Assembly (NCBI GenBank): GCA_023213395.1
Contig: CM041465.1
Span: 88,791,741-88,855,740 of the forward strand
DNA: 64,000 bases
Reading direction: 5' to 3'
DNA from: Cycas panzhihuaensis
Taxonomy: Eukaryota > Plantae > Cycadophyta
This document shows, piece after piece, positions 50,901 to 63,850 of the stretch (position 1 is its first letter; every line of letters starts with the position of its first letter). The translations under genes and the position numbers were made by a program. The notes under the pieces were generated by a model. It worked only from the letters and a program-made list of their open reading frames with translations, searched no databases and was not told the origin of the DNA.

Positions 50901-52080
50901 ATGAGGAGGAAGGATTTGATGAAGAAAGAAATGGAGTTATTGTGCCTACTCCTGAAATTTTAATGATTGATTGTTCCCAAAGGTCACTGATTGACCTTTG
51001 CCTTCCTTGATGTCGGTTAGGAGCTCTTCACTTCCAGTCATGTGTTGTGAAGCTCCGAATCAATAATCCAGGTTTCATCAACCTTGATGTCTAATATGCA
51101 CAAAACAGCTTTGTCTTCATCTCAAACCGATTAAAGTGGCATTGATTGCCATCTCGAAACCCCTTCCTCTTTGACCTCCTCGATAGGCACCTCGATTTGG
51201 TCGATGGGGTTGTTGCTACTTTGAAACCTTTGTTGGTACGTTGACGTGCCGCCGTTGTCGCTGATTCGGATGACGTGGTCACTTCTTGGCGTAGATCCGC
51301 TGCTTTTCCGACAATCGGTGCTATGTGGCTGTGTTTGCACACACGACATACAACATTGGTCCTTGAAGACCTAATGTTCATGTTCCCAAATTCCTTTGAG
51401 AGTGTACGTTTGCATTGTTGTTTTGCCTTTGAGTTGGCCATGAATGCACCTGATGTAGATGGTTCCTCCTCATTATCTTTAGTGTAGATTTGTTCTTCTT
51501 GAAGTAGCGGACTTTCAAATTCATTGAATGTCATAGTTTTGAGAGAACCATCTCTTGTAGTAGACGAAATGAAGCCATTGTAGTCCTTGGGCAAAGCTTT
51601 GGTGCTGGATGTGATCAATTCATCTCTTGTGGTCGGACTACCTAGTGTATTCGATTCATTACATACCTCCTTGATGGAGGAAAGAAAAGCCGACATGGGC
51701 TTGACAAACTTAATGTAATACAATTTTGCTTTAACCATTAAAGTGCGAGCTTCATCTCGCTTTCATACAGTGAGGACAAAATGTCCCAAGCTTCCTTAGA
51801 AGTTTTAGCACAAGCAATATTCTGATCTACATGCACATCAACAATCATGTGAAGGAATGCCAAAGCGATTTCATCTTTGACTTCCCAAGCAGCAAGTAAA
51901 GCATCATCAGGTTGCACAGTAACATTGCCATTGATAACGGTCTTTGGTCGAGGTAATCTCCCAAAACATAACTCCAAAATTGCTCATGATCGAAATTGAG
52001 TGAGTCTATTCCATTCTTGATAATTATCTTGTCCTGTTAATCGAATGGTGCATGCATTTAGCATGTTTATAGCAGCCATG
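47985..52080 (-). pseudogene. Copia D gag-pol (many frameshifts)
   Basis: gag 51091-51977; LWHQCLGHL; INT 50160-50549 (YYISFIDDFS, LRTDNGGEF); [33 protein letters not shown]; RH. Confidence 0.95.
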
Positions 52081-54528
52081 TTTCAATTATAAAAGCTTGA
52101 AGCTAGCAGATAACCTGGAAACTCAAAGTTTTCGCTTAAGTTCCACCTTCTAACGAAACCAACAGTCCTGATCTTACTAGAAGATCCAACAACTGAATGG
52201 AATGATGAGGGGTGGAGGACTAGGTTATGGAGTTGGTCCAACTTTGATCTTATAGAGGAGATCCAACAATTGGCCAAGTTAAATCTAGGACAAGGCAGGT
52301 AGGGTTGATCTGCATGGACGTACCACGCTTTCCCTGGGATTCACAACCCCAATAACACCGTTTTCGAACCTCCTTTCCCTCAAGCAACCTTAATTGTCGT
52401 GCATCGACAAGACGGCCATTGGTCCCCTAGGGAATGCACCAAGCTTAAGGTTATTTTAAAGGCAAGGTTTGAACCTTTTCGAGCCTCTCCAACAAGATTT
52501 TAAGTCACTTTCTAGCAGTTTTTAAAGTGAACTTAGATTTCTTTTACTTAGAAGATGTACTTATGAGAATGCTTTGATTAAGCTTTACAATGAAAGTGGC
52601 TTCAAGAGGAAGCAATGTAAGTACACCAATAAGAACACTAGAAGTGTTTTTACAATGAGCACTTTAATGAAGTGTAGTGCTTGTGTTGATCCAAGTAAGA
52701 AACCAGATGCTTGATTACAATAAGTTTTACAAAGTACTTTTTTGAAAAAAAGCTTAAGTACTGAATGAAGTAAGGCAAAACTTGTGATGAAGATATAAGT
52801 GGGTTCCTTTTAATCCGAAAAAGTGAAGGTAAGAGAACCACTTACATGAAAATGGACATCAAGTACCAAGTGTTGGGACTTTAAATTAGTGTCAATGATC
52901 AAAAGAGAAGTGATTTTTATTAAGTACAAAATGTTTTTGAGCCCTCTTTGTGACTAAGGGCATTAGGTCACCATGCAAGGTGCCTTAAAAAGTGTTTTAA
53001 AAATTAGTGATAAATATCACTTTTCAATATGAAAATACTTAAAATCACTTCACTTAAAGTCAATTAACACTTATTCAAAATTAACTAAGTGTTTAAAAAA
53101 ACTTTTAAGAGCCAAAACATAGGCTGAAATTTAAATTTTTTGCAACTTGAACACTAAGGACACCACGCAGGAGCCTTTTAAAACATTAAAGCAAAAGTAT
53201 TTTTGAGTCTCCAAATAAGTAAGTTCAAGTTAGTATTGGTGATTTAATGAAATCACTCAATACTAAGAAGATTTTAGCTTCAAAAATACAAAAAGATGAT
53301 TTTTCTCTTAATAAATTTAAGTTAAGGTCACTATGCAAAGTGCTTTGATTATAAAATTGACTTAATAAAGAAAAAATCACTTGTGATATAGAAGATCACT
53401 TAAAAAAACTTGATTTAATCCTTTTGTCACTGGGTGTAAATCACTAAGTCGATGGCGAAAAGTAACATTAAAAAATCACTAAAAAGGATGATTTTCAATG
53501 ATTTAATAAACTTTAGAAGAAGAAACTTTAGTATATATAAAGTTCATGTAAATAAGAATAACCTAGGAATATTCTTATTCTTATAAACTAAAGTTTATAA
53601 TGCTAAAATTTTCGAATGAAAAATCTGGACGAAAAAACGTCGCTCAGCCGCCGTTTTTCCGTGCGCCCGCGTGACCCTCTTTTCGATCGGAATAGCTTGT
53701 AGAGTCGACGGAATGAGCCGAGAATTCAACCGAAGGATCGTCTGCCCACAATGATGAAACCCACCAAGTTTGGGAACAGTCTGTTCGATGTAGAGAGAGA
53801 ACGGAACGTCTCCGTTATTGGCTGGGTGCACGGACTGTGCAGGCTGCTGTGCACTTTAAGAGCTACCGTACAGTCGGTTGCAGGTGTAGCTGGGACCCAC
53901 GTAGGGTTTGAGACCCCTCCAGAAGAGTGCAGATCTGATTGGTGATTTTCTGGGATTTGATGAATCGCCTGGAATCAAGAGAAGACGCACCAGTGAATAG
54001 CTTGCAGGCAGAGTGCTGCTCAAGAACTTCAAAATACGACTTTGCCTTGGTCTTTGGTAGCTACAGGATGCAGAGATACAAAATGAATAGATTTTCTCGC
54101 TAGGAGTGGATATTTTTTCACCGCTAGCCAAAGAGGTTAGAATAATGAGTTCTAAACCTTAGTACACGGATCCGAGAATAATAAAAAAATTCTAACTTCA
54201 ACCGAACAAATCTGGGTACAATCTTTCTACTTTTACGGATCCGAGTGAAAAAATTTAATAGAATAATAAAAGGAAATCACCGTTTGTAATAGCAATTAAT
54301 GCTACACCCAATGTGTCTTTGTAAGAAAAAATCGATTTGAGCATAACCCAGCTCCAGCCTTCAAAAAATAGCTCCAAAAAGCTTGAACCTGCAAAACAGA
54401 TCTTCAAACAAACCTTGGATCGTCTTGGTCTGAAGGTTGTCACCAAGGGTTTGTAAGCTTTCTTCAAATCTCCTTGAGCGGTGCAAACCGAGCAGGAGGA
54501 GCTAGTCTCCTCTTGCTCTGATACCAAA

Positions 54529-55059
54529 TGTGAAAAGAGGCTAGATGGCCTCACAGTCCCAAGATCTAGAAACTAGGATCACTCTAGTTCTAGAAGCACA
54601 AATACTAACAAGTATGATATTCTCAAGGTAAAGAGAAAGCATAAGAGACAAAGCATAAATGAAGGAGCAAGAGAAAATGATACCCAATATGTGGAGTTGG
54701 AATTGGTCCAACCTCCAAAGAATAGCCAGTTTGATTAGCAAACTGACAACATAACAATACAGCTCCAACTCTCTTATGAGACAATGAGAAGAGGTCTCAT
54801 TATATAGAGTGAGATGAGAGACCTAAGGCCTTGGATGTTTGACAAGTTTTGCATGTACGACATGTGTCCTTTGGGCTCTCATGTGAGCAAAAATGCATGA
54901 GGGTCCATTTGACCCTTTAGTGACAACGTTGTGTCATTAGAAAGAATGTGGGTGTGCACTTTATCACTTAAGTGATAAGTCACCCCTAAAGTACAAAAGT
55001 ACACATATTACATAAAAATTAAAGTACAATATCTTAACATGTAAACATAAGGTTTAACA
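54529..55059 (-). repeat. 5' LTR of D
   Basis: Adjacent to PBS; ~22-nt deletion at ~54845 relative to the 3' LTR. Confidence 0.96.
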
Positions 55060-56330
55060 TGACCCACAATTGATCTTGCTTGATACTACTAGATATATCT
55101 CAAGTAAACCACACTCGTATATAATGACAAGATTGATCAACTATTAATTTGATTGAACACGTATATGTGAAACACAATATACGAATTATAAAAATAAGCC
55201 CTAGTGCTCTTTAGTGTTATAGTACCCCCCTACCTCCTAATAATTAACAAACTAAGACAGTACTTTTGATTTTTGAAGGGTATGTAAACTAAGTTAAGTC
55301 ACTTATAAGATATAAGTATATACAAACACAAGTTGCAGATAACTTGTAATGACTCTATTATTTGATTATTGGAGTAATTGTCTACACACTCTTTACCACT
55401 AATAAAGAATACTATGAGAAAATAGATATATCATTATAAATAAATGTATATATTCGATTTCTAACTGTGAATATAATGCACATGTATCCTTTACCAATAC
55501 AAATATAATATCCTTATGATTAAGATTTAATTTGGACTACGTACAATATAATGTGATATTGGATTCTTAATAAAATATATTATATATTAATTGAATGATG
55601 TTATTGATATATGAATAACTACCTCAATATATATATATATATATATCTATTTTTTCATATATAAGTATATTAATATATGTATTCTTCAATATATATCACA
55701 TTAAAACTTAATATTGAATAAATACATTGCATATATGATACTATAAGGTGTTATGTGTATATAATATAATTATATATATAAACTATTTGATATGTATGAC
55801 TCCCAGATATATATTATAAATAAAATGATTGAATATGTATATGACTCCCATATATATGTGCTATAAATAAAACGATTGAATATATATGAAATGATCAATT
55901 CGCAAATGTGAGGATGCAAGCGATGAAAAGATTGATCCGCGAATGTGTGTAAAGAGGGAAGACAACGTAGCGAAACAAGAACGGCGTGTGAGGCGGCGAC
56001 AGAGCTACGAAGACGAGAAGACTGAGACGGCGATGAGAGACGGAGACGGCAGAATGACAGTGACAGAATCGGCGACGAAGCTACAGACGGGAAGACAGAG
56101 ACAGCAGAACATCTGTGACAGAAACAGTAGAACAACAATGACAGGGACGAACCAGACAAGACTCGAATTAGCAGATGATCTTGTGCAAAACGAGATAAAT
56201 ATTTGGTGATATGTGGAGATGGATAGGCAGTGTATACGATGCGCAGACCAACCATAGATAAATCGTACTGGTATTTGGATTGGGACCCAACTAAAGCGTA
56301 AGCAGGGGACTGATTCGCCTCGATACCACT

Positions 56331-56561
56331 TGTGGAACAATTTCACATTAAAGAAGAAAATCAAATAATTGAGCATGCACGAACACTGGATAATCAAATA
56401 ATTAGATTATATTGAATTGAATGAGAATTGATTGTACATATTACTTTTGGGGTCCAATTTATATACAGAGCGTGCCCTTTTTCACGAAAGGTTATGTCCT
56501 TTCAATGATATCTATTTATTTAAACAAATGATAATTAACCCCTTTAATGAGGTTCATAACA
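56331..56561 (-). repeat. 5' LTR of G2
   Basis: TG...CA; PBS adjacent; followed by TSD CATTA. Confidence 0.92.
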
Positions 56562-57524
56562 CATTACATAATCTATTTGACACCCAATGTGTTGGATATT
56601 CGAAATGGCAAAACACCTATAGCTTTGACCTTGATTTCGATAGCATCTACAATTCAATCCAATACCCAAGTCAAGATAATTACCAATCATTCCTAGATTA
56701 TCATTTACAAAATGGATTGCTATATCAACTCAATCAATTTTGTGTACCACGATGCAACAAAGAACAACTTTTGAAGGAAGCACACACTTCCAGTTTGAAG
56801 GACATTTTGGGATTATGAAAACCCTACAATATCTACAAGGATATTTTCACTCGCCATCCATGCAAAAATACATAGAACAATTCATCACACGTTGAGCTTT
56901 GTGTAACTAGTCTAAACCTTTTAATTAGAAGGTGGATTTATATTAGCCTTTGCCTATACCATCTCAACCATGGGAGTCCACCCTAATATGCTTCATTTGT
57001 GAGTTGTCGATGACACAATGCAAACACGACTACATCTTGGTCATAGTTTGTCGACTCAAGATGGTATATTTTATTCTATGTGATAAAACCATAGATGTAC
57101 TACACACCACCTACCTCTTGTTTGACCACATCTGGTTCCATTATGGGTTATCACTCACAATTGTTTCATATTGAGAAGCATGTTTCCTCAGCCATTTCTA
57201 ATGAGCATTGTGGAATCTTCTAGGATGCAAACTATAGTGCTCAACTACATTCCATCCCCAAGCAAACGGATAGTCTAAGATTATAAATAGGATCCTAGTT
57301 CAACCTCTACATTTATCAACATGCGACCACTCAATGGGATTAGTCTCTTACAACAATCCAACATGGGCACAATTGTGATATATACCATTCCATTGCATAT
57401 TCAGCATTAGGTATATTATGGGTTTCAACCTATAGTTCATTATGAGCTTCCAACAGTTCTTTCAACATGAATCATATGACACAAGCCAACTGAGCAAGGA
57501 AAGGCAACGATATTTGCATAACAT
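56562..57524 (+). pseudogene. CRM-like integrase
   Basis: LLKEAHTS; LPIPSQPWES; KMVYFILCDKTID; FHPQANG. Confidence 0.85.
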
Positions 57525-58053
57525 TGTTGAAGATGATGGTATTAAGGCTATAGCCCTAAGGATCTAACGGAGAGGAAAATTTGCTAATATATGAGGATGA
57601 TTAACATCTAACTATGCAACTATAAAGATGAGCACATAAGCAAGCATTGGGCACAATGATCATAAGCATGAGGAGAACACAAATATGGAGGAGAAGGAAT
57701 TGTTCCTTAGATTAACAAGACTAGCGACATAACAATACAACACTCTCTCATACATGATACACAAGGATTGGTCTCAATATATAGAGACCTTAGAGCCTTG
57801 CATGTTTGACGAAATGTCAAACATGCAAGCTATGCTCGTTGCATGCAAAACAAGTGTCCCTTGGGCTCTTTTGTGAGCACACGTGCATGAAGGTACATTA
57901 ACCCTCAAGTCACAACATTCGGCAACTAGAAAGAATGTGGGTGTGTACTTTATCACATTAAGTGATAAGTCACCCTAACATAAAGTTATATAAAGTATAT
58001 CAATAATATATTATAAAGTACATCACTTAACATTTAAACATAAAGGTTTAACA
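57525..58053 (-). repeat. 3' LTR of E
   Basis: U3 part aligns with the D LTR; ends GGTTTAACA next to the PPT. Confidence 0.85.
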
Positions 58054-58313
58054 CCCCACCCTTAATGTTTATAATATTAAGTTGAATACCAAGACCATCC
58101 CTGAATTTCTCAAACTTTTCTCTACTAAGAGACTTGGTAAAGATATTTGCTAAATGCTAGTTCGTGGGTCTATAAAAGAGGTTGATCTCATCGTTCTACA
58201 TATGTTCCCTCATAAAATGGCGATGAACCTCAATGTGCTTGGTCCTTTCATGAAAAACTAGATTCTTAGTTAACTTGAGCACACTTTGGTTATCACAATA
58301 TAACCTAGTGGGA

Positions 58314-58934
58314 TGAAGTGATAACTTTGCTTGTCCTGAATCTCCTGGAAAAATCCTTTAGAAAATAACAACTCAGTTGGGAGTATGAAGTGCTCTGATC
58401 ATATGTGTCAAACCTCTTGACATAGATTGGAGATGAAAAGAGCTGGAACAAGGGAAACAATGCTTCCAAAATACAACTAAAATCTATTTGCAAGGGCAAC
58501 GATGCATATCTTTAGAGAAGAACTGGAAAACTGTTGATATATATGCCAAAATGCTCTTACTATCGCTACCCTCTTTGAGACGAGGTTCCTCCAAATAATG
58601 CAGCCCTAAGGGCAAGTAAATAGCAGTCTTAGGGCTGAATTTAAAGCAGTCCAAACTCAATTCTGAGAGGTCCAAATGAGGCCCCAAATCCTCTTTAAAT
58701 AGGCGGCCAAAGATACTAATATAAGTCAACCGAAAAAGGGGTATAAACCCACCCAAAACCAAGACTAGAAGTCGGCCAGAACTCTCCCTACTGACAAGCT
58801 AAAATCTTCAAACGGTCATAACTTTTCTTATAGATGTCGAATTGACTTTCGTCGAACCATTGGAATCTTAGTTAAGAGACTTTCGATTTGAATGGTCACA
58901 TGGTATAGTTTTGACCATATTTTGGGACGCTACA
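58314..58934 (-). repeat. 3' LTR of G3
   Basis: Repeat of 61259-61854. Confidence 0.92.
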
Positions 58935-58946
58935 AGTCCCTCCTTC

Positions 58947-61150
58947 AAAGCATGCTTTGCACTCAAAGCATGGGTAAATTTGGTGTTGTTGTACCCATTC
59001 TTTTGATTCCTACATTGCGTCATCTAAATCTAGAGTTTTCCACTTTATGAAGTATTCTTTGACCTTTCTGGACCATAGTTCTTTTGTTCTTATCCAAAAT
59101 CCCTTGTTGTTCAAAGATAATCTTCCCTAATTTCTCTCTGATGTGAATCTGATAATATCGTGATCGTAAGGTGATTTTTAAGAAATACCATGCTCCTTGT
59201 ATTTCGTCTAATAAATCATCTATCCGTAGAATAGGATAACGATTCTTGGTTGTCAATTTGTTAACCCTCGATAATCTACACACATCCGATATGATCCATC
59301 CATTTTGGGATTGACTATGATCAGTGATGCAAACGGGCTTGAACTAGTTGTGATATATCCTTGACTTAGTAATTCCCTTGTGATGTTTTCAATTTCTCTC
59401 TTCAGATGATAAGGGTGTCTGTGCGGCGAGATATTTACTGGGGTTGCTCTAGGTACTAGCTCAATGGAATGTTGATAATCCCGTTGCAGGGGAAGACCTT
59501 GGGGTTCTTTGAATACTGCTCTGTGCTCATCTATGATCTTTTGTACCTCAATTGGTACATCTTCTATCACTATCTTGTAACAAGTCAATATGTATGCAAA
59601 TGGATTCTTCTTCAATATCTTTTTTATGCGATGTGAAGATATCAGTTATACTGGGGGTGCGGGCGGTGCCTGTAATCTGTATTTGTGCCCTTTCTGATGG
59701 AAGCACATGAATCGGATCATATAGTCAGTAATTATATTACCCAAGGTCTCCTCCTATAGGCATCGCAAACATATATGTATTTACTGAATAGTCTCCAATT
59801 TGAAGATTCACCTTCTGACAATAGCCTCCACAAGGAGTGGTTTTTCCATTTGCTATGGATACTTGAAATGTATTCAAAAATTGTATTTTTAGTCCTAGCT
59901 TCTTTGCTGTGTCCCTGTTAATGAAGTTGTGAGTAATGCCACTATCCACAAGTATGGCGATTAGAGCTCCTTTGATCATCCCTTGGAACCGAAGGGTTTG
60001 GGGTATAACACTTTGTCCCATTATGGCTTGTAGTGAAGTTTGGACATTCTCACTATCAACCTCTAAAAGTTCATCTATGTCTACTTCCTCCTCTTGGATC
60101 CGGTTTACTTGTTCATGTTCTTCATCTAGTATTTCTGCTTTGTCGTTATTGATCATAAATACCTTCTTCACCAGACATCGGTGTTCTTTATTCCACTTCT
60201 CTCCACATTTAAAACACATCCCCCTTTTGAGATGTTCGACTCTGCTTGTTTCGTTCCTGTCTTTTATTGCCACTGGTGGGTCTACTTTTGTGCCCGATCT
60301 GGTCCCACTTTGATTGCATCCTTGTTACTAGCATGATTCGGTTTTGCGCATATAGATAGACCTATGCTCTCGAATTCTACTTCTACATTCTTACATATCG
60401 GATTGCCTCATGAATACTTGAGGATTCATATTCTTAATGCGAAATCTTATTGTTCCCTTTAATCCACTTATGTATGTCTACAAAATGTATTCAGCTAGTA
60501 TTCATTCTAGTATTAGACACTGAAGCATCTGGAATTACTCGGTGTATTCTTGGACTGTTCCGTTTTGTTGTAACATTGTTAACTGAGCGAAATAGTCGGT
60601 GTTCCAAGAATCTTCATACTGTTTTATTAGTCCTGCCTTAAGATAGTCCCATGATTCTGGATGGCCCAAATTGTTCTTTCACCACCAATAAAACTAGTCT
60701 AATGCCCTTCCATACAAGTGTAGAGATGTTGTTGATATCTTTTCCTTAGTTGATAGTTCATACACTTGGAAGTATGTTTCCATTTGTAATAACCAACTTT
60801 GGATGCTCCTTGATCTTTCTCGATCAAATTTTTCTAATGTAAGTTTAGTTCTCCTAAGACCCTGGTCTGATTGAAAACTCTTTTGATTCTGTCGTTCATA
60901 GGTAAAACCCCTAAATCTCGTTGAATTTTTTCATTCTTCGTTCCCCTAGTTATCTTGATTTGGGAATTCTTCATTGATTTCTTGTATGTCTTAGTATTTT
61001 TCTATCGATGACTCTCCCTCCTCTTATTTAAAGTTTCAAACGAAGCCTAGATGTTTTTCATGGAAGTGATAAGCTCCGACAATAAGTGGGATAGTCCTTC
61101 TTCTATCTTTCTTCCTTCTTCTTACATTCGTTGATTGGCGGTCCACCATC
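58947..61150 (-). pseudogene. G3 gag-PR-partial RT fused to integrase tail/chromodomain
   Basis: GMCFKCGEKWNKEHRC; ILVDSGITHNFI; YRMCVDYR; YYQIHIRE joined directly to KLGKIIFEQQGILD...EYFIKWK. Confidence 0.9.
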
Positions 61151-61258
61151 TTGTTGGAGACGAGACTTTTCTTTATCTTGATTACATCCCTCGGGAGTGT
61201 GCACTGAATTTTTATAGACTATCTTCAAATTCCCTCTTGACGAAGCTTTGATACCACT

Positions 61259-61854
61259 TAAAGTGACAACTTTGCTTGTCCTGGAACCTCCTAAGAAAAT
61301 CCTTTTGAAAATAACAACTCTATTAGGAGTATGAAATGCTCGATCACACTGTGAAACCTCTTGAGATAGATTGGAGATGATAAGAACTAGAACAAAGGAA
61401 ATAATGCTTCCAAAATATAGCTAAAATCTATTTGCAAGGGCAACGATGCATATCTTTAGAGAAGGATGGAAACCTAATGATATAGATACCAAAATGCTCT
61501 TATTATCGCTAACTCTCTTGAGGCAAGGTTCCTCCAAATAGTGCAACCCTAAAGGTGAGTAAATAGCAACCTTAAGGCCAAATTCTGATGGTCCAAACTC
61601 GATTTTGAAAGGCCCAAATGAGGCCCCAAATCCCCTTTAAATAGGTGACCAAAGATACCAATATAAGTCGACCGAAGCAGGTATAAACCCACCCAAAACC
61701 AAGACTGGAACACAGGCTAAAATCTTCAAACAATCATAACTTTTGTTATAGATGTTAGAATTGACTTTTGTTTGAACCGTTAGAATACTGGTTCAGAAAC
61801 CTTCGATTTGAATGGTCACATGGTATAGTTTTGACCATATTTTGGGATACTACA
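61259..61854 (-). repeat. 5' LTR of G3
   Basis: PBS adjacent; one terminal dinucleotide mutated (TA for TG on the plus strand). Confidence 0.92.
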
Positions 61855-63065
61855 TGGGGTTATCCTGCTCAAGTCCAAGCTCACTAAGAATTTGCCTTAA
61901 CTAAATAGTCTCACAAGCTGTGTTGTCTATAGCTTTGTACTCCGCTTCTGCATAGGACAAGGTAACATTGGGTTGCTTCTTGCAACTCCACGAAATGACT
62001 CTTGAATCAAGGGTGAAACAATATCCCAAAGTTGATTTGCAACCATTTTAGCATCCTGCCCAATCAGAATCTGAGAACCCCTCCAAGATGAAGTTCTCAT
62101 TATATGTATACTAAAGGCCATGCTGCAATGTGCCTTTGAGGTATCTCAATATATGTTTTGTCGCATTCTAATGCTTCTAATTACGCTGAGACATGTACCT
62201 AGAACAAATCCCAACTGCAAATGAAATATCCAGTCTAGTGTTGGTGAGATAGATTAGGCTACCCACTAGTTGTTGATATAATGTGGGATTTGTTGGTTCT
62301 ACTTCCTCTTCGAACAAACTTAATACCATTCTCCATTGGTGTAGGAAAAGATTTGCAGTCATCCATTCTAAATCATTGCAAAATGTCCCAAGAATACTTG
62401 GCTTAATAAATGGAGATATGACACGGTTGTTGCCACACCTCCATGCCTTAAAAATAATGGAGTCATCCAAGATTAGTCATCTCAAAACTCCTCTTAAGAT
62501 CATCCTGGAAAATTTGAATTGTCTTAGTGTCATTTCCCGTGATCACTAAGTCATCAACATACAAAACAACAAAGACAACATGGTTCTCCCTAACTTTTAT
62601 ATACAAGTTAGGATCTGATGAGGATCAATAATATCAGTGTCTCAAAAAATAATCATCAATTTTAGAGTACCATGCTCTTGGGGCTTGTTTAAAACCATAC
62701 AATGCCTTCTTGAGGTGACAGACCAAATGTTGTTTGTCGTGTACAATGTATCTAGGAAGCTACTCCAAATATATCTCCTCTTGAAGATTGCCATTAAGGA
62801 AGGCACTCTTCACATCCATTTGATAGATTGGCCACTTGCATTGAACAGCTGAGGGCAATATAAGTCTGATGGTGTTTATGTTCGCCACAGGTGCAACAAT
62901 CTCCTTATAATCAATGCCTTCCTTTTGCTTAAAACCCTTCGTAACAAGTCAAGCCTTATAGTGCTCGATTAAACCATCAGAGTTGAATTTGGTTTTATAT
63001 ACCCAATTACAACTGATTGCTTGTTTGTTTTTAGGCAATTCCACCAAATCCCAAGTTCCATTCTT
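61855..63065 (-). pseudogene. Copia E reverse transcriptase/RNase H start
   Basis: NGTWDLVELPKNKQAISCNWVYK; [11 protein letters not shown]; VLYVDDLVI; LVGSLIYLTNTRLDI. Confidence 0.92.
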
Positions 63066-63069
63066 TATT

Positions 63070-63850
63070 CCACCTCCTTATCTGATCAAGGTCAATTCCT
63101 TGTTTGTCTACGAGTTAAGAATAACCTTTCTCTCAATGATGCTCCCTACTCTAATTTTGACCATAAAAGGAGCATAGTCCTTGTGCCCTTAACTTAGCCA
63201 TACCTTTCTTTAATTTATAAGAATCTATATCATTTTTTTCTCAATTTACTGGAGTGGATGTAGATATGGAGTTTCTATTAATATGATTCAAGTTAATTTT
63301 GCTATGTAACCCCTTTTTTTCTATGAAAACATTGCATCTTCTAGCATACCAATCAATTCAATTATTCTTAAATCCCTTATTTCTCCATGCCATTACTTTT
63401 TCTAAATGCCTAGCATTTTATATGGCTTCTTGAATGCTTTTAAGAGTGTGTAATTTCAATTCTTCCCATAGTTCCTCCTTAAGGCCTCCAATGTAGGTCT
63501 TTAATAACCATTCTTTAGGCATATTATCAACTCAAGTTACTAAAGATTGAAATTTATTCACATAATCTTCTACTAATTCTAATTGGTGTATTTAAGTTGA
63601 TTAAAATAATTTTTATCCCATGTCTTTTCGTATTGCTTAAAAAAATATTCTATGAATGTTTGCTGATTTACTATCACGTCCTGTGTTTCATGGTTCCACC
63701 ATAAAAAACATTCATACGCATTTCCTTTCAAGTGTAGCAACACAACCGTTATTTTTTCTATGTCCTCCTTGAGATTAATTTTAAAATAAGCATCTAGTTC
63801 ACTTATCCAAATTCTGGGATCAGTATCAAAATCCTTCCCGAACTTCAAAA
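63070..63850 (-). pseudogene. Chromovirus-type gag fragment
   Basis: DPRIWISELDAYF...LHLKGNAYECFLWW; YIGGLKEEL..LKL. Confidence 0.8.

Larger units (their letters stand above)
47418..55059 (-). mobile_element. Ty1/Copia element D (most similar LTR pair in the window)
   Basis: LTRs 47418-47970 and 54529-55059; PBS 54515-54526; PPT 47971-47980; perfect TSD TGACC. Confidence 0.96.
42539..56561 (-). mobile_element. Ty3/Gypsy chromovirus G2 (Reina-like)
   Basis: LTRs 42539-42772 and 56331-56561; PBS 56317-56328; PPT ~42774-42784; TSD CATTA. Confidence 0.93.
38050..57524 (+). mobile_element. CRM-like chromovirus (5' LTR ~38050-38455, start approximate; 3' end interrupted by Copia E)
   Basis: PBS (G)GGTATCAAAGC 38461-38472. 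CRM-type protease region IIDNGS.KNLVS...PHPLPYTLGW...CDVAPMDC. Confidence 0.75.
58314..61854 (-). mobile_element. Internally deleted Reina-like chromovirus G3
   Basis: LTRs 58314-58934 and 61259-61854; PBS 61245-61256; PPT ~58936-58946; TSD TGGGA/TGGGG. Confidence 0.92.
57525..63065 (-). mobile_element. Ty1/Copia element E (relative of D), 5'-truncated
   Basis: 3' LTR 57525-58053 similar to the D LTR; PPT ~58054-58065; RH 58070-58313; RT 61855-63065. Confidence 0.88.

Noticed and set aside
55770-56397. Overlapping 88-161 aa ORFs
   Set aside because: Low-complexity GAC/GTC-rich 5' leader of G2; open because of composition.
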